This document shows positions 25,218 through 37,592 of a DNA stretch of 64,000 nt, piece after piece. The notes under the pieces are model-generated. The model saw only the letters and a program-made list of their open reading frames with translations. It did no database searches and was not told the origin of the DNA. Position numbers and translations under genes: made by a program. The DNA is from Felis catus (Eukaryota): NCBI RefSeq assembly GCF_018350175.1, contig NC_058368.1, forward strand, positions 27,840,001 to 27,904,000, in the 5' to 3' direction. Numbering within the stretch: position 1 is the first letter of the stretch; the number at the start of each line of letters is the position of its first letter.

Positions 25218-25569
25218 GCTGGTTTTAGAAGTTTTTCAGGTCAAGGATTATAGATTCCTTTCCAGATCAGAAATAATATTTAATAGCTATTAATGAGACA
25301 ACTTCATATATATATCTGCTAGATCCCAGTGGCATCATAATGGGTTACTATATGACCTTTAGCTTTTTAACGCCATTAAGCCTTGGTTTTCCCATCTGAA
25401 AGTTGGGAGGAGAGTTATGTTGCTGTCACACTTATGTATATACAGCACTTATGTATATATGGTGTGCATTTCTATATGGCGTTGTTTATGTGAACGGTGA
25501 GGTGTGCACGTATGTGTGTGGCTGGGGCCAAGCGATCTTTTTTTTTTTTTTTTTTTGGCACTTTCAAAT

Positions 25570-25765
25570 GTACAGCACTTTAAAAAAAAAAGTAGGTGTA
25601 TATTATCTCATGAGATCATCACAGGTGAGCTGTTACTTTTATTCTCATTTTTCCATGTGTAGAAAGTGAGGCCAAGAGGTCCAGTTTCTTTTCCAAGGTC
25701 ATGCAGTGTGTATGAACCAAGGTAAGGTGTCAACAATAGACCTCCGATGCCTGGGTCAGTGCTAC
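25570..25765 (-). mobile_element. MIR
   Basis: ttattctcattttt...gaaagtgaggccaagagg...ttccaaggtcatgcag. Confidence 0.6.
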
Positions 25766-26280
25766 CCCTCTGCCTCACGGCTTCCTGGTGCTGATGCACG
25801 TTCTGACTGCCACTTGCTTTGAAAAAGATGTTCGTTCTCTCCTGTCTGCTCAGCGGACATTTCCTTTTGGTTCCTTGCCATCCATGACTGTGTCACAGTG
25901 GTGAGTGTTTCAGTGGATTTTTGAAGCATTGATTTCCAGCCAGCCCCCATCCCAAACACCTGACCGCACACCCACTTCTGTTTGCTTCACTTCAGTTCAC
26001 TGCGAGCTGCTACGGGAGCTCCTCGTTTGTTCTCGCCCAGTTTACATGGCAGCTTTCAGAGTTTTATGGTGGCCATGAGGCCCCATTGCGAGGACAACAG
26101 CTTCAGAAACGTGAGCAGGTCGTGCTGTTTCATTTATATCATTTCATATAAATCTATGCATTGGATCATAGCATCATGCCTTTTTTTAAGCGAAATATTT
26201 TTCTTTATCTGCCCTTTCCTACTCTTTCCCAACCCATATCAGCCTCTACACCCAGCTAGTCCATGTTTATAATCTAGCTT

Positions 26281-26497
26281 GGGGGCGCCTGGGTGGCGCA
26301 GTCGGTTAGGCGTCCGACTTCAGCCAGGTGACGATCTCGCGGTCCGGGAGTTCGGGCCCCGCGTCAGGCTCTGGGCTGATGGCTCAGAGCCTGGAGCCTG
26401 TTTCCGATTCTATGTCTCCCTCTCTCTCTCTGCCCCTCCCCCGTTCATGCTCTGTCTCTCTCTGTCCCAAAAATGAATAAACGTTGAAAAAAAAAAA
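26281..26497 (+). mobile_element. Young feline CanSINE
   Basis: ggggcgcctgggtggcgcagtcggtt head and A tail. Perfect TSD tttataatctagcttg at 26266-26281 and 26498-26513. Confidence 0.97.
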
Positions 26498-26554
26498 TTT
26501 ATAATCTAGCTTGTGCTCAAATAATTCTCAGTGCTCGTCTTATGAAGTCACATG

Positions 26555-26678
26555 TAAACGTACATCTATGTGTGTTTATATATACACACATATGTTTATA
26601 TACATGTATGTGTTTACATATGTGTTTGTTTATATATGTTTGTATTTATATAACATATATATGTGTATATATATATTA
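26555..26678. repeat. Mixed (TA/TG/CA)n low-complexity tract
   Basis: Directly visible. Confidence 0.85.
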
Positions 26679-26829
26679 CAGAACAGGTCATCGTTTTGTA
26701 AATAACCCCAAAATGGGTTCTTTATTATGATTGTTATGTGTACTTTACTTCATCTCGCTCTTTTCACTCAACAAGAAGGCATGAAAATTGCTCCAGGTCA
26801 ACTGTCAGAGTTCTAATCTGTTCTTTTAT

Positions 26830-27478
26830 TCTTTATTTTAAAGATGGATTCTTTATTGTAAAGAATAAAAGATGGAGAAAATAACATGATGAATCCCCAC
26901 TGCCCATCACCTGGCTTCAACAATTATTGGTGCTTTATTTTATTTCATATATTCCACCTAACTTTAAAATATTTTCATCTTTTGCTGGAATATTTTTAAG
27001 CAAACCTAGGCTTTGTGTTATTTTTATCAGATAAATACTTTAATATGAATCACTAATGGAGGTGTTTAAAAAAACATAACCATAATAACCATTATCACTT
27101 AAAGCCAAATTTATAATAGTTCTTTATGGTTAAATCCCCCTGATTTCCTCAAAAATGTCTTTTTGTTTTTTTATGGTCAGTTTGTTTGAGGATTCAGAGC
27201 CAGACATTGTGTTTTCATGATATGGCTTATAAATCTCTTTTAAATTTACAACTTTCCCTTCCTCTCTCCCTTTAATGCCTCTATTATTGAGGAAACCAGG
27301 TTAATTCCCTTGTAGAATTTCCCATCTTCTAGATTTGGCTTCCTGTATCCTTATAATGTGATTTAACACCTTTTTCTACCCTGTGTTTCCTTTAGGTGCT
27401 TGAATATAAAGCATTGACTAGATTCACGTTCCATTTTTTTTAAAAAAAATTTTTTTTTCAACTTTTATTTATTTTTGG

Positions 27479-27523
<45 letters not shown>

Positions 27524-27870
27524 CACGCGAGCATGAACGGGGGAGGGGCAGAGAGAGAGGGAGACACAGAATCGGAAGCAGGCTCCAGGCTCTGAGCCAT
27601 CAGCCCAGAGCCTGACGCGGGGCTCGAACTCACAGACCACGAGATCGTGACCTGGCTGAAGTCGGACGCTTAACCGACTGCGCCACCCAGGCGCCCCTAT
27701 TCATGTTCCATTTTTTTGGCAAGAACACTGAATAGCAGGTGTTGCATACTGCCTGTTGCATCACATTAGGAAAAACAGAAAGTGGGTGGGCCTAGTTTAA
27801 GTGAGGCTGAAGTTGATCAGCTGTTTCAGGTGTGGTCAGCTTTATTTCTCCCATACAAACTTCCCGAGAA
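26830..27870 (-). mobile_element. Old L1 (L1MC/ME) 3' end, split by a SINE
   Basis: cccatcacctggcttcaacaattatt...ttgaggaaaccagg...tagaatttcccatcttctagatttggct...ggcaagaacact. Confidence 0.75.
27441..27697 (-). mobile_element. Young feline CanSINE with expanded (GA)n
   Basis: Intact body. TSD attca(c/t)gttccattttttt at 27422-27440 and 27699-27717. Confidence 0.97.
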
Positions 27871-28261
27871 CCCAATTTTGTGAGGACTAAAGGAAAATGA
27901 CACTTCTTCAGGTGGATAGACATTTTCTCCTCTGCTTTCTGGAGCTGATTTTTAACCAGTTGCGAGGCTGATACCCTTCCCTCCTTGCCTCTCGTGGTTG
28001 GAGAAGAGGCCGATCATCAGACAGTGGGCAATGGAGGAAACAAAATTTATTGAGAGCTCTCGGCTCTGTGACTAGCAATAACCATTCCTGGCTGGTTACA
28101 AAGTTCCCCAGATACACTGTGCTATATAACCCTGATTTTCTAGTTCATTGTAAATTCACAACACTACCCTAACTCTGCCAACTGGCCCTCTTTTCAGTAT
28201 CTACATAAAAAAGAAAGCTCCTGGTAACACTCTTAATGCTTTTGATAATACTTATTGACTT

Positions 28262-28790
28262 TACAGAAAAACTTTTATTATAGCATAATATACATTACAG
28301 AAAAGTACATGTAAGTGTACAGCTTGATGAATTTCTACACACCGAACACACTCATATAACCAGCATTTGGATCAATAAATAGTACATCATAAGCACCCCA
28401 GAAGCCTCTTTATGCTCCTTGGAGTATCTCCCCTTTTACCTGCAAGGATAACTATTATCCTGCTCCCTAAAAGCATAGATTAATTTTGCCTGGCTTTGCA
28501 CTTACATAAATGGAATTGTAGAGTATATATACTTTTGCATCTGGCTTATTTCTGTCAACATTTGTGGCATTCAGCCGTTTGAATATATGCAATTGTAGAT
28601 TGTTCATTCTCATTGTCATATGGGATTCTGTTGTGTGTTTCTACCTACCAGAGAGATTTTTGGTCATGGTGTATGCGGTATGTTCTTTATTAGATAACGC
28701 CAAGTAGTTGTCCAAAGCAGTTGTACCAAATCACACACCCACCGGCAGATGGGCCACATTTGATATTTTCTATCTTTTTTCATTTGTAAG
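28262..28790 (-). mobile_element. Old L1 (L1MD/ME) 3' end
   Basis: catgtaagtgtacagcttgatgaattt...agcaccccagaagcc...ataaatggaattgtagagtatatacttttgcatctggctt. Confidence 0.8.
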
Positions 28791-29321
28791 GACATAATTT
28801 TCAGTTGGAAGAAGATTCCCAGAGTAGAAAAGACTTTCTAATACCAGCCTCCAGGTTCTGTTTGAGTGTAGCGATACAAATGGGGCAGGTTAGACTGGGC
28901 CTCTAACAACATCCTCCTTTATTTCACTGATGATAGAGGATGAATGGGTCAGATGGATACACATAGCCTTGCTTATCAGCAAGGAGAAGAAGCTTATGGG
29001 CTTAGTGATTTAAGAGCAGCCAACTTTATTATCATATAAGTTTTATGACAAAAATAAAGACAGTAAAAAAAAATTCAACATTATGGAACTATAACACAGT
29101 AATATTTTTTGAGTTCCCTCATCCACAAACATATATGAATTTTATATGGTTACAGTCATAATCTAGATATAATTTTATATTATGCTTTTTTGAAAAGATA
29201 CTATATTTGAATCACATTCTCCTGTTGTTTCAATGTTTATTCATTATATGTTTAGACCATTTCTGAAGTTTTGCTATTCTCTACAGGTCTGAAGAACATA
29301 CCTTTATGAGCTTACCTCTTC

Positions 29322-29507
29322 TTTTTTTTAATCAATTATTTTTTTAACTTTATTTATTTTGAGAGAGAGAGAGAGAGAATATCTTAAGCAGGCTCTGTGC
29401 TGTCAGTGTGGAACCTAATACAGGGCTGGAACTCAGAAACTATGAGATCATGACCTGAGCCAAAATCAAGAGTTGGATGCTTAACCTGCTAAGCCACTCA
29501 GGCACCC
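29322..29507 (-). mobile_element. CanSINE (older)
   Basis: (GA)n, gatcatgacctgagccaaaatcaagagttggatgcttaac, caggcaccc. Confidence 0.9.
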
Positions 29508-29779
29508 ATAGGCTAAGTTCTTAAGAGTAGGATTACTAAGTAGAAAATTGTGTTTTTTTGACTCTTGATTTATCATGCATTTTTCTTTACAAGGCTTTCC
29601 ACCGTCTATACCAGTGGAATCCAGCCTTCTTGGAAACCACAAAAGCTTAGTTTTATTTATAAGCAACAAAAACTTTGTTAGGTTCATAAATAAATAAAAT
29701 ATATAGCATATTGTAAAAAGGAAATTACTTGTATTTTGAAGATTTAAAACTCTTTTTCTTGGCATTATTTATGCCAAAT

Positions 29780-30235
29780 GAATAAGCAACCCAACTTTCT
29801 ACTATTAGGCCAATAGATAAACAAATGTGGTACATCCATATAATGGAATACTATTTAACAATTAAAAGGAAGGAATCACCGATACGTGTGGCAGGATGGA
29901 TGAATCACAAATAATTATGCTGAGTGAGAGAAGCCATACAAAAAAAGAGTACATACTTCATGAGTCTGTTATATAGAACTCTATAAAATGCAAACTAATG
30001 ATAGTGACAAAAAGCGGATCAGTGGTTGCCTGGGGACATGAGGTGGGGGTGCAGAAGGGCAAGAAGAAAAGGTTACAGAGGAGCACATGGGGACTTTTGA
30101 GGGTGATGGGTATGTATATTATCTTGATTGTGGTTATAGTTTCATGGGAATATACATATGTCAAAACTTATTAAATTTGTACACTGTAAATCTGTATGGC
30201 TTATCGCATATCAATTATACCTCAGTTAAACTGTT
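29780..30235 (+). mobile_element. Old L1 (L1MD/ME) 3' end
   Basis: agataaacaaatgtggtacatccatataatggaatacta...tgctgagtgagagaagcc...cagtggttgcctgggg...tcaattatacctcagttaaa. Confidence 0.85.
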
Positions 30236-30419
30236 TCTTGCCCAAATTTCTTGCCCAACATTTCCAGCTGTTTGAAGCTCAAAAGTTTGATTTATCCACG
30301 TTGCCATGAGGAGCATCAGTTGCAGTTAATTCATTATTATTATGCAGTAGTGTGGGTTTAAGGGACACAAACCCATTACACTACATGATGATGATAATTA
30401 ATAGCGATTCATGCCCCTG

Positions 30420-30670
30420 ATTTTGGGTCCCCCCCCCAAAAGATATGTTCATTCCTAACCCCCAGTACTTATGAATGTGATGTTATTTGGAAACAGGAAC
30501 TTTGCTGATGTGGCTGAGTTTAGATGAGGTCCTACTGGACGAGGGTGAGCCCTAAATCTAATGATTGGTATTTTTATCAGAGGAGAGGTTACACACACAG
30601 ATACACAGAGAGAACGCGATGTGTAGATGGAAACGGGCAGAGATTAGAGTGCTATAGCTCTGAGCCAAGC
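30420..30670 (+). mobile_element. MaLR LTR 5' half (MLT1B/C-like)
   Basis: cctaacccccagtac..gaatgtga.gttatttggaaacagg...gatgaggtcctactgga..agggtgagccctaaatctaatgattgg. Confidence 0.8.
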
Positions 30671-30742
30671 CCCCCTTGTTTCTGTCTGCTCTGTCCCGAA
30701 GGCAATTATGCTGCTGTCGTGTCTTTATATTAACATATGCAC

Positions 30743-31265
30743 TCAGTGGACATCAGAGTATTGTCCATGGGTGCTTGGTTAATCCCGAGTCTCTTCCGTG
30801 GGGTCTGGGAGGTCAAACCGACCTTCAGTTTTGCTTCTTTCGCTGTGCTGACATTCGCAGTGATAGTACAAAAGCGCGGGTAGGTGAAACTGCTGACGTC
30901 TTAGCACGGATCAAGGCTGTGCTGCACCAGGAGACACTGTGTTCTTCATCCACTTGCACTGGCAGAAAACAACAACAAAAGAGTTTCATTTAAGAATGAC
31001 CTTGGTGAAGCAGCCAAATTATTTATTTTGTTAAATCTTAATTCTTCACTGCATGTCTTTTCCCTGCATTGTGTGTGATGACATGGGAGTACAAAAAAGT
31101 CCTCCTGTTACATACAAAAGTACAAAAAACAAAGAAACCAACAACAAAACCAAAAAGCACTTTGCGTAGTTGAGTTGTGAGCCGAACCAGCAGCTTTTCC
31201 CAAGAACACCATTTTTATTTGATAGACGCTGGTTATTCAGAATGTCGACTTGGATTTTGGGCAGA
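30743..31265 (+). mobile_element. hAT-Charlie (Charlie1a-like) transposon fragment
   Basis: gtgatagtacaaaagcgcgggtaggtgaaactgctgacgtcttagcacggatcaaggc...taagaatgaccttggtgaagcagccaaattatt...gaacaccatttttatttga matches recalled Charlie1 transposase DNA. Confidence 0.85.
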
Positions 31266-31344
31266 AGTGCCCTTCCATGCTCAGAGATTCTTCCATCAGA
31301 GACAACAGTCTTAGAGATAATGCTTTCTTTACTGAGAATGACAT

Positions 31345-31480
31345 TTCCTGTAAAAGCCTAAGCACAGGTAAGGCCCAGGGAATGCTAGGGATTTGCTTAA
31401 GGACACGTAGCAAAAAGTAGCAGCGGGCTTAGAAACCAGCCTCCCTGACTTCCAGCCCACTTCCCTCCCCATTCCACTAA
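31345..31480 (-). mobile_element. MIR fragment
   Basis: atttgcttaaggacacgtagc...ggcttagaaaccagcctccctgacttccagccca. Confidence 0.6.
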
Positions 31481-33229
31481 ACGAGACAGGTGGCTTTCCA
31501 TATTTCATGCACCCTCACCTTGAGACAGAGTTAATGCTGCAAAAGAAAGAAATGCCAGGTGGAAAAACTGACAAGTCAGATATTACACAGCCACTTAATT
31601 TTTATTTTGTAATCTTCACAATCGGAGCAACCAAGTAGAATACATAAAGAAGACACTAAAACGTGGCATAATAAAATTCATTTGACCAGGAATATGGGCT
31701 TCCATGTTTTTGTCTCCAGCTCATTTTTTTTCCCTCATTTTTAATGTCCGCTGTGTTTTGGGTCCAGTGCTCACTTTGGCAAAGGCTACATTTAGCTGCA
31801 AATTGAGACATGGTGTGTAGCTGCTATGATTAAGGAATTCAGGATCTTTATCCAATATTAGGCCTTGAGGGTGGAGAGAAATGCTGAAGAAAAAAAAAGA
31901 TTTCAACCTTGCCATGAACAGATGAATGCCTGAAATAAATATTAACTGTTATTTCTGCAAACTTTCCCACTGTTTTATATACTTCATTTCCCCCCATTTG
32001 TGAGTCTACAACGTATTCTGGCAACATTATGGGTTTCTACTCATGATGAGTCTTCTCAGCATGGGCTGGGTCAGTGTTTGTAGCTCAGCTGGCCGGTGCC
32101 AGAGTGGAGAGCTTGTCTGATTTGATTCCACCCCAGGCACTGAAGGATTTTCAAGATTTTCCTCTTAATATTTGGCTTTACTTGATAATCCTAGGGCATG
32201 CTGGGAAGTCTCAGCAAGAGGAAAAAATTAGTAACCACAGGGAGGCCTGTTTGGAGGGTTGTGGGTAAGTATGAAAGCCCATGAGTGTGACTACTAATGA
32301 CTCTTGAATGTTCTGCTTTTCACAAGATTTTCCTTCAACAAAAAGCGTGTAGGCTTGTGAGGACAGAGGGCTTTTAGAAAACTCGCCATCCCCAGAACGA
32401 CAAATGTATGACTGAGTCATTTCCCAAGAGAGAAGCCACTAGTCGGTAAGGTATGTGGAGCCATATGGTTTAGCATGCAATTTAGAATTTCAAAAGCAGG
32501 AGTTGGCAAAAGGTTGCACGAGATGTTAGCCTCACGTTTTTATCATTATTTTTCTTTCTTTTTTGTTGAGTGCTGACATTGCCCTTGGCATATGCAGGAT
32601 AGAAGTCATGCTATCTGCCTCTGATCAACATTGGAGAAAGTGCCCAGTTCAGAAACAGGCTTTGCAGCTGAGAATGTGATCCCAAAGGCTTAAAGGTTGT
32701 ATGGGGGGGGGGGGGGAGTGGGGGTGCACAAACCAGTTTCTCATGTGTTTTCTTTAGTTTCTGTTTTTTCCTGGTTTTTTTTGTTTGTTTTTTGTTTTTG
32801 TTTTTATACAGCCACTAAGAATTTCTCTCTTGGAAATGCTTGATAGGCTAGAATCTCCTTTTGTCTGGATGCTCCAGATGTCAGGTGGCCCTATGGAGGA
32901 AGTGTGGTAGGGCTGACGGTTTTGCACTGTGCAGTGGAGGAGGGAATATTACTGACTGGATGACAAGGCTCTGAGGGAGTCTGTATTTAGAACTAGATTT
33001 TTCTGATCAGACAGCAGTTGTGCGAGGCATCTGACAGTGGCTGATCTTGACACGGAGGGGATCCAATCAGAGGTGGTCTGTGCACAACATGTCCCCTAGA
33101 AATACAAGCAGCCTTTCCCCATGACCTTGTACACACAGAGATAACATAGCACGCCAGCCAGGATGACTTGGTGGCGCTCTATCTGCTGAAAATAACTTCA
33201 CCTTAATTTAATCGAGTTCGGTTCACTTT

Positions 33230-33370
33230 ATAAGGTTCCTACTAAAACACATGCACGAGGCTTGGACGTAATTAATTCTTGTGACTTAGATATAATTAGC
33301 CTCATTTTAAGTTATAGGAAACTGAGGATTAGAGAGGATAAGTGTCTTATCCAAGTTCATACAACTGGTT
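33230..33370 (-). mobile_element. MIR fragment
   Basis: ctcattttaagttataggaaactgaggattagagaggataagtgtcttatccaagttcatacaactggt. Confidence 0.75.
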
Positions 33371-33461
33371 CTCACCACATATCTTCATTTTGATAAGACG
33401 CACGGCTTTCCTTTCTGTGACAAAAATTCAGTCTCATGCCCTGATTAGTGAGTCTATGACT

Positions 33462-33965
33462 TCTTTTTTTTTAAAGACTTAATTTTTTCAGAGCACTTCT
33501 AAGTGCACAGCAAAATTGAGAAGAAAGTATAGAGATTTCCCATATATACCCTCCCTCCTATGCATGGTCTCCCCCATTGTCAACACCCCCATCCAGAGTG
33601 GCACATTTGTTACCATCAGTGAAAGTATACGGACACATCATAATCACTTCAAGTCCATAGTTCACATTGGAGTTCACTCTTGCTGTTGTGCATTCTGTGG
33701 GTTTGGAAAAGTATATAATGATAAGTATCCATCATTATAGTATCATATAGAGTATATTTCATACAGAGTATTGCCCTAAAAATCCTCTGTGCTCTGCCCA
33801 TTCATCTCTGTCTACTCCTACCTCTGGCAACCACTGATCATTTTACTGTCTCCATAGTAAGACTTTCCCAGAATGTCATATAGTTGAAATCACACAGTAT
33901 GTAGCCTTTTCAGATTGGCTACATTTGATTAGTAATCTGCATTTAAGACCCCTCCACATCTTTTT
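33462..33965 (-). mobile_element. L1MC1-like 3' end (outer element; resumes at 41365-41672)
   Basis: cacagcaaaattgagaagaaagtatagagatttccc...cccagaatgtcatatagttgaaatcacacagtatgtagccttttcagattggct...cctccacatctttt, continuing at cctccatgtcttttaatggcttgata. Confidence 0.85.
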
Positions 33966-34089
33966 TATGTCAATGAACAAATACGTCTATAATTAAATAT
34001 TAATACAATAATTTCATAGAGTCTTACATTGCATGAATGTTTCAAGGGTGAGTATCCCCAAATGGAGAGTCTGTTAGAAGCTGTATTGC

Positions 34090-34221
34090 TTTTTCTTTTT
34101 TTAAAGTTTGTGTTTAAATTCCAGTTAGTTAATATACAGTGTAATATTAGTTTCATGTGTGGAATGTAGTGATTCAACACTTCCATATAACACGTGGTGC
34201 ATATCACAACAAGTTTACTTT
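34090..34221 (-). mobile_element. L1_Carn-type 3' terminus (middle element; resumes at 40868-41364)
   Basis: ttaaattccagttagttaatatacagtgtaatattagtttca...gtgattcaacacttccatataacac..gtgcatatcacaacaagt. Confidence 0.85.
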
Positions 34222-37200
34222 TTTTCTTTTTTAAAATAATTTATTTTTTTAATTTACATCCTTCATTGTATGTATGTGTGTATATGTATGTGTATACATA
34301 CATACATACATATACATATACACACACACACCACATCTTCCTTATCCATTCATCCATTGATGGACATTTGGGCTCTTTCCATACTTTAGCTATTGTTGAT
34401 AGTGCTGCTATAAACATTGGGGTACATGTGCCCCAGGTACATGTACCCCAGGATACAGTATACCTGTATCCCTTAAATACTTAGTAGTGCAATTTCTGGG
34501 TCTATAGGGTAGTTTTATTTTTAATTTTTTGAGGAACCTCCATACTGTTTTCCAGAGTGGCTTCACCAGTTTGCATTCCCACCCACAGTGCCAAAGAGAT
34601 CCTCTTTTTCTGTATCGTCGCCAACATCTGTCATTGCCTGAGAATGCTAGCCATTCTGACAGGTGTGAGGTGGTATCTCATTATGGTTTTGATTTGTATT
34701 TCCCTGATGATGAGTGATGTTGAGCATTTTCTCATGTGTCGGTTGGCCATCTGGATGTCTTCTTTGGAGAAGTGTCTATTCATGTCTTTTGCCCATTTCT
34801 TCCCTGGATTATTTGTTTTTTTGGTGTTGAGTTTGATAAGTTATTTATAGATTTTGGATACTAACCCTTTATCTCATACGTTGTTGGCAAATATCTTCTC
34901 CCATTCTGTCAGTTGCCTTTTAGTTTTGCTGATTGTTTCCTTCACTGTGCAGAGCTTTTTTTTTTTTTTTTGATGAGGTCCCAGTAGTTCATTTTTGCTT
35001 TTGTTTCCCTTGCCTCTGGAGACGTGTTGAGTACGAAGTTGCTGAGGGCAAGATCAAAGAGGTTTTTGCCTGCTTTCTCCTCGAGGATTTTGATGGCTTC
35101 CTGTCCTACATTTAGGTCTTTCATACATTTTGAGTTTATTTTTGTGTATGGTGTAAGAAAGTGGCCCAGGTTCATTTTTCTGCATGTTGCTGTCCAGTTT
35201 TCCCAGTACCACTTGCTGAAGAGACTGTCTTTATTCCATTGGATATTCTTTCCTGCTTTGTCAAAGATGAGTTGGCCATACGTTTGTGGGTCCATTTCTG
35301 GGTTCTCTATTCTGTTCCATTGATCTGTTTGTTTTTGTGCTAGTACCATACTGTCTTGATGATTACAGCTTTATAGTATAGCTTGAAGTCCAGGATTGTG
35401 ATGTCTCCAACTTTGGTTTGCTTTTTCAAGATTACTTTAGCTATTCAGGGTCTTTTCTGGTTCCATACAAATTTTAGTATTGTTTGTCCTAGCTCTGTGA
35501 AGAATACTAGTGTTATTTTGATAGGGATTGCATTAAATATGTAGATTGCTTTGGGTAGTATTGACATTTTAACAATATTTGTTCTTCCTATCCAGGAGCA
35601 TGGAATATTTTTCCATTTTTTTTGTCTTCTTCAATTTCTTTCATAAGCTTTCTACGGTTTTCAGTGTATAGATTTTTCACCTCTTTGACTAGATTTATTC
35701 CTAGGTATTTTGTGACTTTTGCTGCAATTGTAAATGAGATTGATTCTTTGATTTCTTTTTCTATTGCTTCATTATTGGTGTGTAGGAATACAACCAACTT
35801 CTGTGCATTGATTTTATATCCTGCAACTGCTGAATTCATGGATCAGTTCTAGCAGTTTTTTTGTGAAATCTTTTGGGTTTTCCATATTGAGTATCATGTC
35901 ATCTGCGAAGAGTGAAAGTTTGACCTCCTTCTGGCTGATTTGGATACCTTTTATTTCTTTGTGTTGTCTGATTGCTGAGGCTAAGGCTTCCAATACTATG
36001 TTGAATAACAGTGGTGAGAGTGGGCATCCCTGTCTTGTTCCTGACCTTAGGGGGAAAGCTCTCAGTTTTTCCCCATTGAGGATGGTATTAGCAGTGGGTC
36101 TTCCATATTTGGCTTTTATGATCTCGAGGTATGATCCTTCTATCCCTACTTTCTTGAGGATTTGTATCAAGAAAGGATGCTGTATTTTGTCAAATGCTTT
36201 TTCTGCATCTATTGAGAGGATCATGTGGTTCTTGTCCTTTCTTTCATTGATGTGATGTACCACATTGATTGTTTTGCAGATATTTAACCTCCCTGCATCC
36301 CAGGTATAAATTCCACTTGGTCATGGCGAATAACTTTTTTAATGTATTGTTGGATCCGGTTGGCTAGTATCTTGTTGAGGAGTTTTGCATCTGTGTTAAT
36401 CAGGAAAATTGGTCTATAGTTCTCTTTTTTAGTGGGGTCTTTGTCTGGCTTTGGAATCAAGATAATGCTTCATAGAAAGAGTTTGGAAGTTTTCCTTCCA
36501 TTTCTATTTTTTGGAACAGCTTCAAGAGAATAGGCGTTAACTCTTCTTTAAATGGCTGGTAAAATTCCTGTGGAAAGACATCTGTCCCTGAACTCTTGTT
36601 TTTTGAAAGATTTTTGATTACTAATTCAATTTCCTTACTGGTTATGGGTCTGTTCAAATTTTCTATTTCTTCCTGTTTTAGTTTTGGTAGTGTATATGTT
36701 TCTAGGAATTTGTCCATTTCTTCCAGATTGCCCATTTTATTGGTGTATAATTGCTTGTAATATTCTCTTGTTATTGTTGTATTTCTGCTGTGTTGGTTGT
36801 GATCTCTCCTCTTTAAATCTTACTTTTGTTTATTAGGGTCCTTTCCTTTTCTTTTTGATCAAACTGGCTAGGGGTTTATCAATTTTGTTCATTCTTTCAA
36901 AGAACGAGCTTCTGATTTCTTGATTTCTTCTACTGGTTTTTTTTTTTTTTTTTTTTTGGTTTCGATACATTGATTTCTGCTTTAATCTTTATTATTTCCT
37001 GTCTTCTGCTGGTTTTAGGTTTGTTTGCTGTTCTTTTTCCAGCTCTTTAAGGTATAAGGTTAGGTTGTATATCTGAGACCTTTCTTCCTTCTTTAGGAAG
37101 GCCCAGATTGCTATATACTTCCCTCTTATGACCACCTTTACTGCGTCCCAGAGGTTTTGGGCTATGGTCTTACCATTTTCATTGGCTTCCATGTGCTTTT

Positions 37201-37528
37201 TAATTTCATTTTTAACTTCTTGGTTAGACCACTCATTCTTTAGTAGGATGGTCTTTAGTCTTGTGGTTGATTTCGAATTTCATAGCATTGTGGTCTGGAA
37301 ATATGCATGGTATGATCTTGATCTTTTTGTACTCGCTGAGGGTTGCTTTGTGTCCCAGTATGTGATCTATTCTGGAGAATGTTCTAAAGGCACTGGAGAA
37401 GAATGTGTATTCTGCTGCTTTAGTTGAAATGTTCTGAATATATCTGTTAAGTCCATCCTGTCCAGTGTGTCATTCAAAGCCACTGTTTCTGTTTAGGTGA
37501 TCTGCCCATTGCTGTAAGTGGGGTGTTG

Positions 37529-37592
37529 AAGTCCCCTACTATGATGGTATTATTAATGAGAAGTCCCCTACTATGATGGTATTATTAATGAG
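37529..37592. repeat. Perfect 32-bp tandem duplication in the L1 EN domain
   Basis: aagtcccctactatgatggtattattaatgag occurs twice. Confidence 0.95.

Noticed and set aside
26279..26476. Recurrent GAPGWRSRL...PGACFRFCVSLSL ORFs and tRNA-like heads
   Set aside because: CanSINE translations. The tRNA-derived SINE heads are not tRNA genes.
31265..31373. Donor-like cag|gtaagg
   Set aside because: Lies in a MIR fragment beside the Charlie1 remnant, with no supporting acceptor or ORF.
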